From Nemertoderma westbladi (lineage: Eukaryota; Animalia; Xenacoelomorpha): a stretch of 64,000 nt of DNA. Each line of letters opens with the position of its first letter. The stretch's first letter is position 1. A program made the translations under genes and the position numbers. Below are positions 12,820 through 25,483 of this stretch, in pieces. The stretch lies in assembly GCA_032718475.1 (NCBI GenBank), contig JAUCBJ010009037.1, forward strand, positions 1 through 64,000, written 5' to 3'. The notes below the pieces were generated by a model that worked only from the letters and a program-made list of their open reading frames with translations, ran no database searches and was not told where the DNA came from.

Positions 12820-13489
12820 CCGAAACCCTAATTCAAAGTGGAAATGGAGGCCCAAAACCTTAATTAAACTGTCATGTAACCCCAACCTTAAATATTTTGG
12901 ATCCTAAATTACACAAAATTTCTTAGATTAGGCCTAGAGCATCGGGACTTTAAGGTTATAGGGTTACTAATGACAGTTTTAATTAGGGTTTGGGCCTGAC
13001 CAATTAACCCTAACGCTACCACAAAAATTTTGATTGATAGATTGTAGATTAAAGATTGTAGATACGCCTAGGACACCGACAGCATTCTTAATGCAGCTGC
13101 TTCCAGGTCCAGCATGCCCATTATAGATAGATAATTGAAACCTGAAAAAGGTGGACAGTCCAATCACTAATAAATAGCATTGCTTTAATACGTTTCTGAT
13201 TGGTCAGACTATTATCTATGTTTTTGTGCATGTGTCCAGGTCCAGTCCGTCTTTTTCAAACACACATCTTATTCCCAATTATGTAACTAAGAAAGCGAAA
13301 ACTTGAAAAAGGTGGACAGACCAATTGCTACAAACTGCTTTGCATAATACGTTTCTGATTGGTCTGTCCGTTGTCCATGTTTTCTGTGTCCAGTCCACCT
13401 TTTTCAAACACCGGCTAGGCTCCTGCAGCAGCAGTACTGGGACTGGGAGTGTACATACACTGTGCACTGTCAACCTGTCAACCGTATAA

Positions 13490-13655
13490 AGTCCTGGTCG
13501 CTCATGGCGGCACACGCAAAGGTTGAGTCAATCCGCGCCAAACTTAATCCACAGCAGCACCAGCTGAATGAGTTAGTGCTGTCAAGCTGTAGTCTGGGGG
13601 AGAAGGGCAGAAGGGGGCGTCGACGTGGTTAAACACGCGTCCAATCACCCTCCAT
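13490..13655 (+). pseudogene. Possible short CRE-like non-LTR retrotransposon fragment
   Basis: Translates to ..KGASTWLNTRPI.., which resembles the EKGASSWL..LP motif downstream of RT in CRE-type elements. Short and degenerate. Confidence 0.35.
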
Positions 13656-14985
13656 GCTCCGGTACCGGTACCCAGGGTTCCCTATCCCGATCGGGATATA
13701 CCCTTATAAGGTAATATGTCCCGATCGGGATATGTCAATGTACATAACTGTCATTTACTACTGTCAGACTGTATATTCTACTCTACTATGTAAAACACTA
13801 CAGTATATTTGGAAATCTAGAATGTCAATAAATATTATTAGAATATGTGAAGTGAAGTCTGCACCGCTAACCAACTAAATCCACCTAAAAAAAACGGTGA
13901 AGAAAATGAAACCAGGATTAGCAGATTAGGAGCTAGGAGGGTCCCCTATTTGACACAATTGCCACTGTTTTATTTTACTTTTTTTACTGGGAGAAAAAGT
14001 AAAATCAATGCAAAATTATGGCTCTATGCATCTATGGTACATTATTATGTGGCAATATTATTCAATATTATTGCAGGTTGCTGTGTTGCCGACTTTGCAA
14101 AAGCTGTGCCCAACAAAAAGTTACAATACCGGTATTCAGATATTATGGGGACAACTTTTTCCTTACCAGTCTGCCAGTAGGGAAAAAAAGTAGCCTACTG
14201 CTTTTTCTCCCGATTTTAGGGCATATTCAAACAAAAAAGTAACAATATAAAAATATACGTTCTTTAAGCTCTGTACTTCGTTTTATATGTCTACCATCTG
14301 ATCATACCACCCCACTGCTGCACTGCACCCTTACCAGTAGCCTTTTTAAGTATAAGCCTTTTTAAACTAATACTGAATATGTTTTAAATATTAGCCTATA
14401 TTTCACAACACTCAGACACTAGGCCTACATCAGTTTATTTTTTTACCTTTGCAATACAGTAACAAGCTAATAACTATTGAACTAGGCCAACTATGACTTC
14501 TGTCTGTCTCTGACAGTCTGACTATGCTGCTATGAAATTCAAATTTGGGGTAAAACTCAAATTTAGAGAATTAACCTACTACTACTACTAGGTCGAGCGA
14601 ACTCGGACAGTGGAAATGAGATCCTTCCAGGCTTCCCGATACTCCATAGTTGTCGCATTTTCGTTTCTCCCAAGTTCAGTACTGCAGTATCCCTTTTAAG
14701 TTGATCTATTTTTTTTTTTTTTTTTTTTTTTTTTTATTATTCTATTCGTACATTATAACGTGGGCAAACACATATAAGTACAGCAATACCAAGTAAATAG
14801 CACAGGTACAGTAGAGCGTACATACAAAGTGATAATAGTGCATAATATATAAATTTAGCTACATTTAAATTTCACGTGAACGAAAGATAGGCACAATAAT
14901 TACAGCAAGACTTAATATAAACCGAACAGAACGTAACAAAACAGAAAAAAAAAAAAAAAATATAACAAATAAGCTATATAGTCCT

Positions 14986-17900
14986 TTAAGTGGAAGAAAT
15001 ATAATTCAAAATATCTCTAAGCTCATCATGCGTAAAACCAGGTATATTAGTTACACCTACAATTGAGTTTACGATTTCTCTGCAGCTATTAACTCTCCAC
15101 TCCTCACCCGGCGTGAGTGCGTACATATGATAGTTTATTGTCTACAGTACGGGTGGACAACAAAGATAAATCCGACACCCCGCACTCATTACCAATCTGA
15201 CGTAAATTACTTCCGCTAGTACTCCTACAATCAAATAACATTAAGTTAGCTAGGAATCTAATACACATCCTATCAGCATTAAAAATAGACCTACAATAAC
15301 CAACAAAATTTTTGCATAAAATAACCCATGGATGTATAAATCCTACAATTTCTTGTACAATATACCTATGAGCATTAAAAGGCAACTGCCATATAATCCT
15401 AACATTAATGTTCCAGCTGGTTAAGATTCTAGAACATTCATCGGACCATAAATTCCATGTATTGCTACCATAAAAACACATAGTGTATAACTTTTGTAGA
15501 TATGTTAGATTACCAGGGTGCGAGAAGCCAAACTCTTGCCTAATGTTATTGAGTTTCCCAATAAACTGGCCGCGTTTACGTAAAATGTCCTTGGCTAAAG
15601 TGCATTTAAAGTCAAGTGTAATACCTAGGTGAACAGCTTCTCTTGCCCACGGGAGAAGAATTGTACCTACTCTAATCCTAGCACCGGGTGGACTCCACTT
15701 AAAATTAAATGGTATACACTTACATTTGCATTTATCCTGATCAACATTTGTACTTAATCGCAAGTTATATTTAGCACAAAAAAATTTGACATAAATCGAC
15801 CATATATTGCAATCCAACCACAGATGGGCACAATAACAGTACATCATCGGCGTATGCCAAAACACCAAAATAATAATTCCCTATAAAACAACCTACTTTG
15901 GAGTCACGTAGAGATTTAATTAGAATATTTAACACCAGAGCAAACAATGTCGGCGAGCAAACAGAACCCTGTCTGACCCCATTAGAAATTAAAAAATTAA
16001 AAGAGCTGCAATTCAACCATTTTACTGCACAAACTTGGTTTCTGTATATAAAAATGAGGCACCTTAAATATAAAACTGAAAAACCCTTTTTTAATAGTTC
16101 AAGGAACAGCTTTGGCCATTCAACAAGGTCGAACGCTTTTGTAAAATCTAACAAACAACCAAATACGGGCGATGAGTGTCTCATATAGTAATTGATTACT
16201 TCCGAAGCCGACCAGCTGCACATTACAGTACTAGAATTTGGACGGAACCCAAATTGTAAGTCATCAAAACATAACTTATCGCCTTCACTTAATAATAATA
16301 CCCATTCAAAAATTTTCAGAATCAAAGAAGATATTGCAATTGCACGGTAATTCTTATCATCAGATATATCGCCTAATTTATTTTTAATGATCGGAATAAT
16401 AGAAACCAATAAAAGACACTTTGACACCAATCCATGCGAAAGAAAAGAGTTAAATAATATAGATAAATGATGTTCTAGAATATGGCCACCATTAATTAAA
16501 GACCCTGAGTCAAAACTATAACTGACATCTGATTTGGCGTTTTTTAAACGCAACAATGCCTCGTGTATTATACGAGGCGACAATATCTCTCGATAACCTG
16601 CACAATTTGTACCCGATACATTATTGTTACCAATTAGGTTTCTAATTCTACAATTTATATCATTTTCGATATCATCAACACTTGTGTCACCGCTATAATT
16701 CTGATTGTACAATTCCTTGTAAATTTTGGCGAAGTTATTCGCAATGTCACTTGGGTTATTAACACCATTTATTGATTCGCTAAGTACCTGTTGGTTACCG
16801 CGAAATTTTTTGATTTCATCAAAAAAGTTATTATTTCCGTTTAAGCACGCCTGTAAAATTCTATCGCGTTTGATGATATCTTGAGATTTCTTCAACCTAC
16901 GAACTGCAAAATGATATTGTGCACGAGAAGTGCGACGCATATGAAATAAATAACTACCTGCACCAGTAGGTTTACCTGCAGCGCTCCACATATCGTGCCA
17001 AAACATCGAATTCGATTTAAAATCTTTTACTTGTTCATTCCAACCAGGTATTATACCTTTATTACCTTGACGTTGATTTGTACCTTTCGTATTTGGCAGG
17101 CTAGACGCCGCATTATCAATTGCTTCTAAAATTTCCAAAACGTATTTTTCAATCATTAAACGATGTTCAGGCTTAGTACATAATAAATCATTACACATAT
17201 AGCACTGATTTTCCAATAAAATATCATTTAGGGATCTTTCCAACTCGGAATGAAAAATATTTTTTTGCTACTAGCTTTGCCATAGCAATGCTTAATGGGT
17301 GGTTGAACTGCGGTCCCAACTGCATTAATACTATCAATGTTAAACTTCAAATAAATGGGACTGTGGTTGGAGAGATTTTCCCCTGAATGTATTACATCGG
17401 CCTCTATACAAGCACTTACAATAGAATGACTGGCTATAAAGTGATCGATAGTGGAGCGTTGAATTATATTATCAGACAAAAATTCGTAAGTATAGTCAAT
17501 CGGAAATATATTCCATAAACAATGTAATAACATATCATCTAGAAATTCCTTCATATTACGCACATGTAATGAGTTTCGAAAAAAGTCTGCATTTAAATCA
17601 CCAACCAATAGAACATTACTGCACTGAGACATCTGTATAATGTCTTTAATATCATTCAACAAAGTTAAATATTCGTCTGAGAGTGTAGCACTGTGCTGAT
17701 TGTCCACCGGAAAATACGAATTAATTAATAACAGTTTCCTACCTGGCAAATTTAAAGAAATTGCCTGCAACCTTCTATTATTAGTTTTTATTACAGATAC
17801 ATATTTAGTAATTGATTTCTTCCATAATATGCAAAGTCCACCGCTAGGTCTCCCGCGGGTGACTTCATCATTAATGTAAGTCGCTGGTACAACACTATTA

Positions 17901-18094
17901 TCGCAGTTCGGAAATATTTTTTTAAATTTATAACAATTACCAGATAATAGAAAATGCTCCTGTAGGCACACAACATTAGAGCCCAATAATAGGGTATTTA
18001 TAAAATCAACCTTAGCCAATCCCAAACCGGTTGGGTTATACGAGGCTACACAAAAAAGTTCAGTACTGTTAGGTAAGTTACTTTGTGACGCCAT
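14986..18094 (-). pseudogene. LINE ORF2 (APE endonuclease + RT), broken by frameshifts
   Basis: APE motifs SYNPTG, CLQEH, GRPSGG, VGDLNAD, IDHF, SNHSPI. RT motifs NYRAIA, QFGFR, DFTKAFD, GVRQG, YADD. Split across ORFs 17228-18094, 15771-17243 and 15104-15868, with a C-terminal piece ..ILNYISST* ending at 14986. Confidence 0.9.
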
Positions 18095-18131
18095 TGTTAT
18101 TTATTATTGTCCGTATATTAACCTGATGTAC

Positions 18132-19028
18132 TTATTGCATAGATTGTCCCATAGTGGAGTTGTTTCGAACCTGCCCGGAACCACCCCGACCGAAACTTCC
18201 AGTCTGCCTGGGTCGGTAGTCCCACTCGCGTACATAAACTCCGGTAGGCCATGTGGACGCACTGAAAGCAACGTCCAACTGGTTGGTATTGACCGAAACC
18301 CGGAAGCTCGCTGCTCTCGAATCTTGAACCGATACTTTTTTAACACCTGAGATTGGAACTTTAACATTCTGTTTGGATAGACACTTGACAATATCGGCTT
18401 CTGTTGTCATTGGATGACACCGAAACACGAACATCTCCGTTGGGGCCGCACATAACCCACCCTCGGTTTCTCCCTCAGTCTTTCCGTTTGAACCGACAAC
18501 CATACGGCCACGATTTCGATTATTACGCTGACGGCGCGACCTGGGTTCCTCCCAACGACCACCACCATCGTTATCCAACTCCTCCACCTCCTGTATATTC
18601 TCAGAATCAGAATTTCGTCGCGGACGTTTCACACTGCCTCGGAACACCACTGCGGGTGAGGGAGAGCCAGACGGTGTCCCCCTCAACGGTGAGTAGTAGT
18701 TATTACTCTTCTGACCCAGATACCGATTACCGTATCTCCCCGACTGTCCGTAGTTTACCGGCGGGTTATACCCTCTACCAGGAGCAGGCTGAACAGTAGA
18801 TGGCTGCTGTGGCGGCCTATAGCTGACACCAGGTGGTTGCGGCACCACAGACTGGCGCTGTCGTGATATAACAGCATTTCTGAACGAACGCTCCGTTGAT
18901 GGCGGTGGCTGTAACAGTGGTAAGATATCGGTCCCGGAGGCAGTGCCGGTACCGGCACCAGCCTGTTCAGTACCGCTACCATTACTGTTGTTACTAGCGT
19001 TATGAATTGACTCACGCACCTTCACCAA
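18132..19028 (-). CDS. LINE ORF1 (C-terminal RRM-like domain), N-terminus missing
   Basis: MFVFRCHPMTTEADI...SFRVSV...WPTGVYVREW is the pattern typical of CR1/L2 ORF1 proteins. It lies directly upstream of ORF2. Confidence 0.75.
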   Translation of the reverse strand: MVKVRESIHNASNNSNGSGTEQAGAGTGTASGTDILPLLQPPPSTERSFRNAVISRQRQSVVPQPPGVSYRPPQQPSTVQPAPGRGYNPPVNYGQSGRYGNRYLGQKSNNYYSPLRGTPSGSPSPAVVFRGSVKRPRRNSDSENIQEVEELDNDGGGRWEEPRSRRQRNNRNRGRMVVGSNGKTEGETEGGLCAAPTEMFVFRCHPMTTEADIVKCLSKQNVKVPISGVKKVSVQDSRAASFRVSVNTNQLDVAFSASTWPTGVYVREWDYRPRQTGSFGRGGSGQVRNNSTMGQSMQ

Positions 19029-20100
19029 CTCGGCTACGAACGTGTTATTACGAACGAACTATGTTATTGTTGTAACTTAATGATAAAAACTATTTCAGTT
19101 GGAGTTTTACACGCCCATATAATGCAGTATAATCAAAAATATGTTAAATCAAAAAACCAAAGGTGTACATACATTTAAATCACTAGAGTATGTAGGAAAA
19201 ATCAGATGGACATTCATATTGTACAGTAGGGGGCATTTATTACAGCTACAGTAGCAATTCGTTAAGCAATTTCAACTATATATGTTATGGCAGGTCGTCC
19301 ACGACTACGCTTTCCATGAGTTGGTTGCCAGAGAAGTAGATCTGGTATGACCTCGTCTTTACTTCGCCAGCAGTGCCCACTGAATCTTAATCTGCGTTCA
19401 CAGAGGGTGGTTGATACAGGTGGTATTGTACCATAAAGCTCGGCGTTTGTCATGTGTTGTCTCCAGCTGATGTTTAGGGCTGCCCTTAGTAGTCTTGTGT
19501 AGCAACCATTAATTCGTTGTTCAAGTGATTTAGTCAGTGTCCAGGTCTCACCCCCGTATAAAAATACACTTTCCACTGTGGCTCGAAAGAACGTAGTCTT
19601 CAGGTGCCTGGAGAGATCTGATTTCCAGATGGTATCCATTTTTGATAGAGCTACCCAAGCCTTTGCTTTCCTAACTTCTATGTCCTTTTTGCTACTCTCT
19701 ATCCATGATCCAAGGTACTGGAAGTCATCGACCTTCCTTAGTTGATTATTACCAATCATTGGTTGTCAAGTTTCCATCAACATTAAAGGTCATGAATTCG
19801 GTCTTGGTAGCATTTATATGCAATCCAACCTCCTTAGCAGCCCTCTCACACTTTATTTAGTAGAAGCTGTGCATCTGCTAGCGTATTAGAGAGCAGGGCG
19901 ATGTCATCCGCAAAGTCGGTGTCTGTGACTGTAGTTGCCGGATATCTACTACTTCTGCATTCTTGAAGTGTGAATCCCAGATCTTCACCCTTTGTGGCCG
20001 TCCTCATTGCGTAATCCAGCACAATTACAAATAGTAATGGTGCTAATGTGTCACCTTGCAGTACACCAGCCAGGATTGAGAAAAAGTCAGTTTCACCATC

Positions 20101-21344
20101 TGTAAAAGCTTTTGCGGATATAACAAGCCATTTTTCTCCGCAATATACTGTGTAGGTGTTTTAGCGGACATAACAAGCCATTTTTACCCACTATGTCTGC
20201 ATGTGTGCTTTAGCGAACATAACAAGCCATTTTCTCCACAATGCGCTTAATACTCTAAAAGATGACTCAGATGACGCAATCTGTCAGCTGATTTACTGCC
20301 AACGCGGAACCTGAATCTCTCTTTGTTCTTTGTTCGGATCAGCCAATCAGAGCGATTTTCACTTTGTGTTGGACAGTGCCTACAGAAACCCACGCAATTC
20401 AGTCAGTGTGTATCTTTTCTAAGCCCAGAACACCGGCTTAGGATTCTTCTGTACTTCTGTGGAAGTTTCAGACTTTTACCTAAACATCAGAAACATCAGA
20501 TGGCTTTGATTACAAGAACGTAAAACTATTAACAATTCAACTGCTGAATCATTGCTGAATCATACTTCATATCTGAATCACTGAAACAACGCGGCACTAC
20601 GCAACGCGATTCAACTACCGCATCACACCGCAATTCATGCATTGCTGCACATGGAACACTGCATAAGTGACACATACTGACTGTTCACCGCATTATTTGA
20701 TTCTGTTATTAATTGGTGTTATGTTGGTATATATTGCTGATATATTTGGAGAATACCGATGAATAATCATAAAACCCTCAATCTTCTTGATTACTAAAGG
20801 TTAGAGGAACAGGTTTACCGGTAGCAACTGCGACTTACATTATAGTGGTTTTTGTGTGAATTGAATGCTATTTCATAATCCCTACATGTGTCAGTTGCGA
20901 TCCTCCTTATATATGATCAAATTCAGTGACGGTCGGCAGATCAGTGCGCAGTAGTGTGAACTAGTGTGAAGTAGTGTGAAGGTTAATAAAGCATCTCCTA
21001 AAGAATGCGCTTTTTACGAAACTCAGTAGCCATCCAGTTGTGATTAGTATAAGTCATAACTCTGTTTTATACTTAAAGCGCCACGTCCTAAAGGAACTGT
21101 TAATATTCCCCCTGAAAGTAAATATATTGTCAGAGATTATATATTAACGATCAATCGAATAATACAGTAGGTCTACACTGCAATCACTATCAAAGCATCC
21201 GAATCCAGTCTCCCTTAACTGTGGGTGAATGGTCGCGCACAGGCTGGCTTCGGCTGATGTAACTTCAGTACATTAAATAATTGATATACAAAAAGACAAT
21301 TAAAATTGGCAGGTTAAACTGCTAAAGGTCTAAAAGCGCGAACA
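20101..21344 (+). mobile_element. Solo LTR (BEL/Pao family), 1244 bp
   Basis: TGTAAAAGCTTT...GCGCGAACA (TG..CA). 5-bp TSD CCATC at 20096-20100 and 21345-21349. Homologous to the LTR at 53174-54446. Confidence 0.92.
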
Positions 21345-21826
21345 CCATCTGGTGAGAGTACCTGCGCTTCTGTGTCACAATATAACAATCCAATGCTAGC
21401 AACAATTACTTCTGGTATTCCATAAGCTCTTAGGATTTCAAGCATTTTACTTCTATGGATGGAGTCGAATGCCTTCTTGAAGTCCACAAAAGTCATGACT
21501 GCGGGGAGATTCTTTGACTTAATTCCTTCAATCAGTCTCCGTAGTGCAAGTATCTTTTGAGCTATTGTTGATCTACTTGGTCGAAATCCGTTTTGGCTCT
21601 TACGCAGTAGTTTCTCTATGTGAGGCCTAATCCTATATAGAATCATTTTATTGTATATTTTGGCAGCTACCACAAGCAGACAGATCCCACGATAGTTTGT
21701 TGGTATGCCGAGGTCTCCTTTCTTGGGGAGAGGCTTTAGTTGACCTTTAGTCCAAATTGGTGGTGGCTTTTCCCCTTTTAACATCCAGTTGCAAACATTC
21801 AATAATGGTCTATTTAGCACTCCGGT

Positions 21827-23009
21827 TGTTCGCGCTTTCAGACCTTTAGCAGTTTAACCTGCCAATTTTAGGTGTCCTCTTGTTTATAAATCGACTTTAG
21901 CCTATAACAATTATTTAATGCACATGAAGTAACATTAGCCGAAGCCAGTCTATGCGCGATCATTCACCCACAGTTAAGGGAGACTGGATTCGGATGCTTT
22001 GACCTTATTGCGGTGTAGACCTACTGTATTATTCGATTGATCACTACTATATAATCTCTGACAATATTATTCACTTTCGGGGAAATATTAACAGTTCCTT
22101 TAGGACGTGGCACTTTAAGTATAAAACAGAGTTATGACTTATACTAAACACAATGGGATGGCTACTGATTTTCGTAAATAGCGCATTCTTTAGGAGATGC
22201 TTTATTATCTGTCACACTGCTGCATACGATTTCACACTGCTGCACACTGATCTGCCAACCGTCACTGAATTTGATCATATATAAGGAGGATAGCAACTGA
22301 CACATGTAGGGATTATGAAATAGCATTTAATGCACACTAAAACCACTGTAATATAAGTCGCAATTGCTACCGGCAACCGGTCCCTCTAACCTTTAGTAAT
22401 CAAGAAGATTGGGGGTTTTATGATTATTTATCGATATTCTCCCAATATAACAACATATCCATCAACATATAACATTAATAACAGACAGTAAACAGAAGTA
22501 CAATAATGCGGTGATATTCAGCCAGTATCGGTAGTACCGGTACCGCAGTTACAGGTGCAGTATCAAAGTTGTTCAGTCAGTGCAGACTGCAGATAATAGA
22601 TTTACGTTCTTATAATCAAGGCCGTCTAATGTTGGCCAAAGTCTGAAACTTATACCGAAGTACAGAAGAATCCTAAGCCGGTGTTCTGGGCTGTTTGGTG
22701 TTTGATACACACTAACTGAATTGCGTGGGTTTCTGTAGGCACTGTCCAACACAAGTGAAAATCGCTCTGATTGGCCGATCAGAACAAAGAACAAAGAAAA
22801 GCTCCACGCTGGCAGCAAATCAGCTGACAGATTTCTGAAACTACACTCTATTTAGAGTATTTGGCGTATTGCGGCATAAAATGGCTTGTTATGTCCGCTA
22901 AAACACCTACAGGGTACATTGCGGAGAAAATAGCTTGTTATGTCCGCTAAAACAACTAAACAGTTAATTGCGGAGAAAATGACTGGTTATATCCGCAAAA
23001 GCTTTTACA
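21827..23009 (-). mobile_element. Solo LTR (BEL/Pao family), 1183 bp, inverted relative to 20101-21344
   Basis: TGTTCGCGC...AAAGCTTTTACA on +. 5-bp TSD CCGGT at 21822-21826 and 23010-23014. Confidence 0.92.
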
Positions 23010-23639
23010 CCGGTTTTCCATACCTCCGCTGGGATTTCATCTAATCCACTCGCTTTATTATTGGACATGCTTTTAATGCTTCTTTGGAGTTCGGCAGGTG
23101 TGAAGTCCCCTGTTTCTATAGGTATTGTCTTGTCATATATTTTCCTTGTAGGGCTGACCTCGATGTTTGGTGGCTGCCCAAGCAAGTTGCTGAAGTGATT
23201 TTTCCACTTCCCAACACGTTCTTCAGGACTATCGGCTTTGAGGCGCCCTTTTGCACAACTTTCCCGACCAGATACCTCATTTACAGTTTGCCAGGTAAGT
23301 CTTGATTGTTGCTGTATGTGAGCAGTTGTAATTGCTTCAGTTTTTCAGAATTAACTTCAGAATTAACCTAACTTTGTATTAAATTTGAGGTAATTCCAAA
23401 ATTGGGTCTATAATTTGAAATTTGAGGTATTCTCAAATTTGATGATCTCCCTGACTGCCCGGACCAGGTATGGCATGAACAGATGAAGGAGGTGTTTACT
23501 TGCGTAGCACGCACCCCAACTGTCAGCCAACCTGCATGAATACTAACTCAACCAGTCAACTGACTGAACTAACTTCTATAAAAACAATAAAAGATCGAGT
23601 TAGTACGGAGGTGATTTCCGCCATTTACTACTTTATCGA

Positions 23640-23885
23640 GTATTTTTTTTCATTTTGTTTTCGAAAGTAAGTATTTTTTTCATTTTTTTCAGTGAGTATT
23701 TTTCATTTTTTTGAAAGTATTTTTTTCATTATTTTCAATAGGAAGTATTTTTTTCATTTTTTGAAAGTATTTTTATAATTTTTCTCAAGAGTAAGTACCG
23801 GTATTTTTTTTATTTTTTTTGAAAGTATTTTTTTCATTTTTTTACAGTATTTTTTCATTTTTTTTTCGAAAGTATCTGTTTCATT
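23640..23885 (+). repeat. AAGTATTTTTTTCATTTTT repeat cluster, possibly the subterminal array of an old element whose other end is at 37425-37480
   Basis: TGTTTTCGAAAGTA (23656-23669) is inverted at 37467-37480, with similar A-rich units nearby. Confidence 0.45.
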
Positions 23886-25483
23886 CTTTATGTGTAGTGA
23901 TTTCAGGCTTTTAGTTTTATTTCCTATTCATATGCACATGCAGTAGGCCTATAGTAATGTGGTAATGTACAGTACAGCAGTGGGACCAGGGCTGGCAAAG
24001 TAGGTTTTCTAGTTTTGTAAACGTAGGTTTTTGTCGATTTTTGTCAAAAACCTAAAATTTGAAAAATGCCTAAAACTAGGTTTTTAGGTTTTTGATCACA
24101 ATAAACAAAAAAGAGCCAAATCAGTAGGGAACACATGCCCGAAATGGCAGCACAGGCGCACTGCCATTTTTGAAAATTGCACTGCCATATTAGGCAGTTT
24201 TACCCTAAATTTTGTATAAAATTTCAATTTTTATACACTTCCTGCAGGAAGGGCCCCACTTTTATTTCATTGGATGAAAATATGATATATATTGGAGGTA
24301 AATTCAAAATTCGGTAGAGTTTCATGGTTGGGTTTCAGAGATATTTTACATTAAAAATTGTTAGTCCAAAACATGCACTGCCTAAAATGGCAGTGCAAAA
24401 CAGCCCTCCATATTTTCTGTTAACTTTATTAGGATGACCTTACGTTTTCAGCCAATAGGAGGCCAATTACTCAGGTTACCTTCAGATCATGTGGTATGGC
24501 TGCTGCTTCCACTACAGCACTAGTATTTACATATAATATTTACACATAATAATTTACACATAATAATTTAGTAGGTAATATATAATATATAAGTCAGTAA
24601 GTAATACATAAGTACAGTATATTATTGCAAGAAGTGCTATATTTTGATTTACCGGTCAGTCGGTAGTATCATGAATGTCAGTGTGTTACTATTTTTGTGA
24701 TTAACATATTGGTAATTTTTTTATTCTGTTCCATTTAATTATTTGTTTGCCTATTATTTTAATATACTTTTAGTTGCATTTGATTTACAGTATAGCATAT
24801 TTACAATTTCCTTTAGAGGCTGTGAGCGTGGGAAGTGATAGATTCATAATAAATTGTTTAGGGATATGTTTGTATCTGACATATAATAAACTAAATAAAG
24901 GAATAATACATTGCCGATATCTTACATGTATAACTACTGACTACTGTACTGTAGTAAACTCAGTATTTTAATCTAATAGGCCTTCAATTATATTATATTG
25001 TATTACTATATCTTATTTTTTTATTTATTATATTCTTACGATGGAAGATGATGAAGAAGCACTTCTAATTTTTAATGATATCCAATGTGAACAGTACGAA
25101 ATACAAAATAGCATTACCAATACTACAGTTGAAAATGAATTTAATGATTCGGAGGAGGGTGAGGAAGCTGTTATGCAAACTATATCAGACAATGCTCTAC
25201 AGTTGGTACTTGAAAGCGAATATGTAATGACTCGCGGCAAGAACCAGACGATGACTGGCAGCCAGAGGTAGAAGGCTCAAGTGAAAGTAGCAATGATACA
25301 TTGGTGTTGGGGAATCATGGCCGCCTGTGGACATTCTCCGAACTGTATAGAGGATGTGAAGGAATTGAGGAGGGGAATGCTGATGCTGGTGTTGGAGGGA
25401 TTGTGGTGGGTGGTAGTGGAGCTGAAGGGATTGTGGCAAGTAATGGTCCAGGGGACAGGATTGTGGTGGGTAATGCTGGAGGT

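Larger units (their letters stand above)
6199..13412. mobile_element. Composite TIR element hosting nested insertions
   Basis: GGTGTTTGAAAGAAGTGGAATGGACA at 6199 vs TGTCCAGTCCACCTTTTTCAAACACC ending at 13412. AAAAAGGTGGACA/CCAATCAG motifs recur near both ends. An internal block is duplicated (6340-6620 plus 10444-10495, and 11127-11493). No TSD seen. Confidence 0.5.
14709..19028 (-). mobile_element. CR1/L2-group LINE, 5'-incomplete, with poly(A) tail
   Basis: ORF1 followed by ORF2 (APE endonuclease, RT). The 3' UTR ends in AATAAA-overlapping poly(A) (poly-T at 14709-14735 on +). No TSD identified. Confidence 0.9.
19262..23340 (-). mobile_element. RTE-clade LINE fragment interrupted by two solo LTRs
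   Basis: KASGLDEIPAEVWK, PLPKKGDL..NYRGI, QNGFR, DFKKAFD, GVLQGDTLAP, DFADD, RRLRFSGHCWR. The sequence is continuous once 20101-21344 and 21827-23009 are removed. Confidence 0.9.

Noticed and set aside
20101-23009. A single long-TIR (foldback) transposon capturing RTE sequence
   Set aside because: Each arm has its own distinct 5-bp TSD and TG..CA ends, and matches the BEL LTR.
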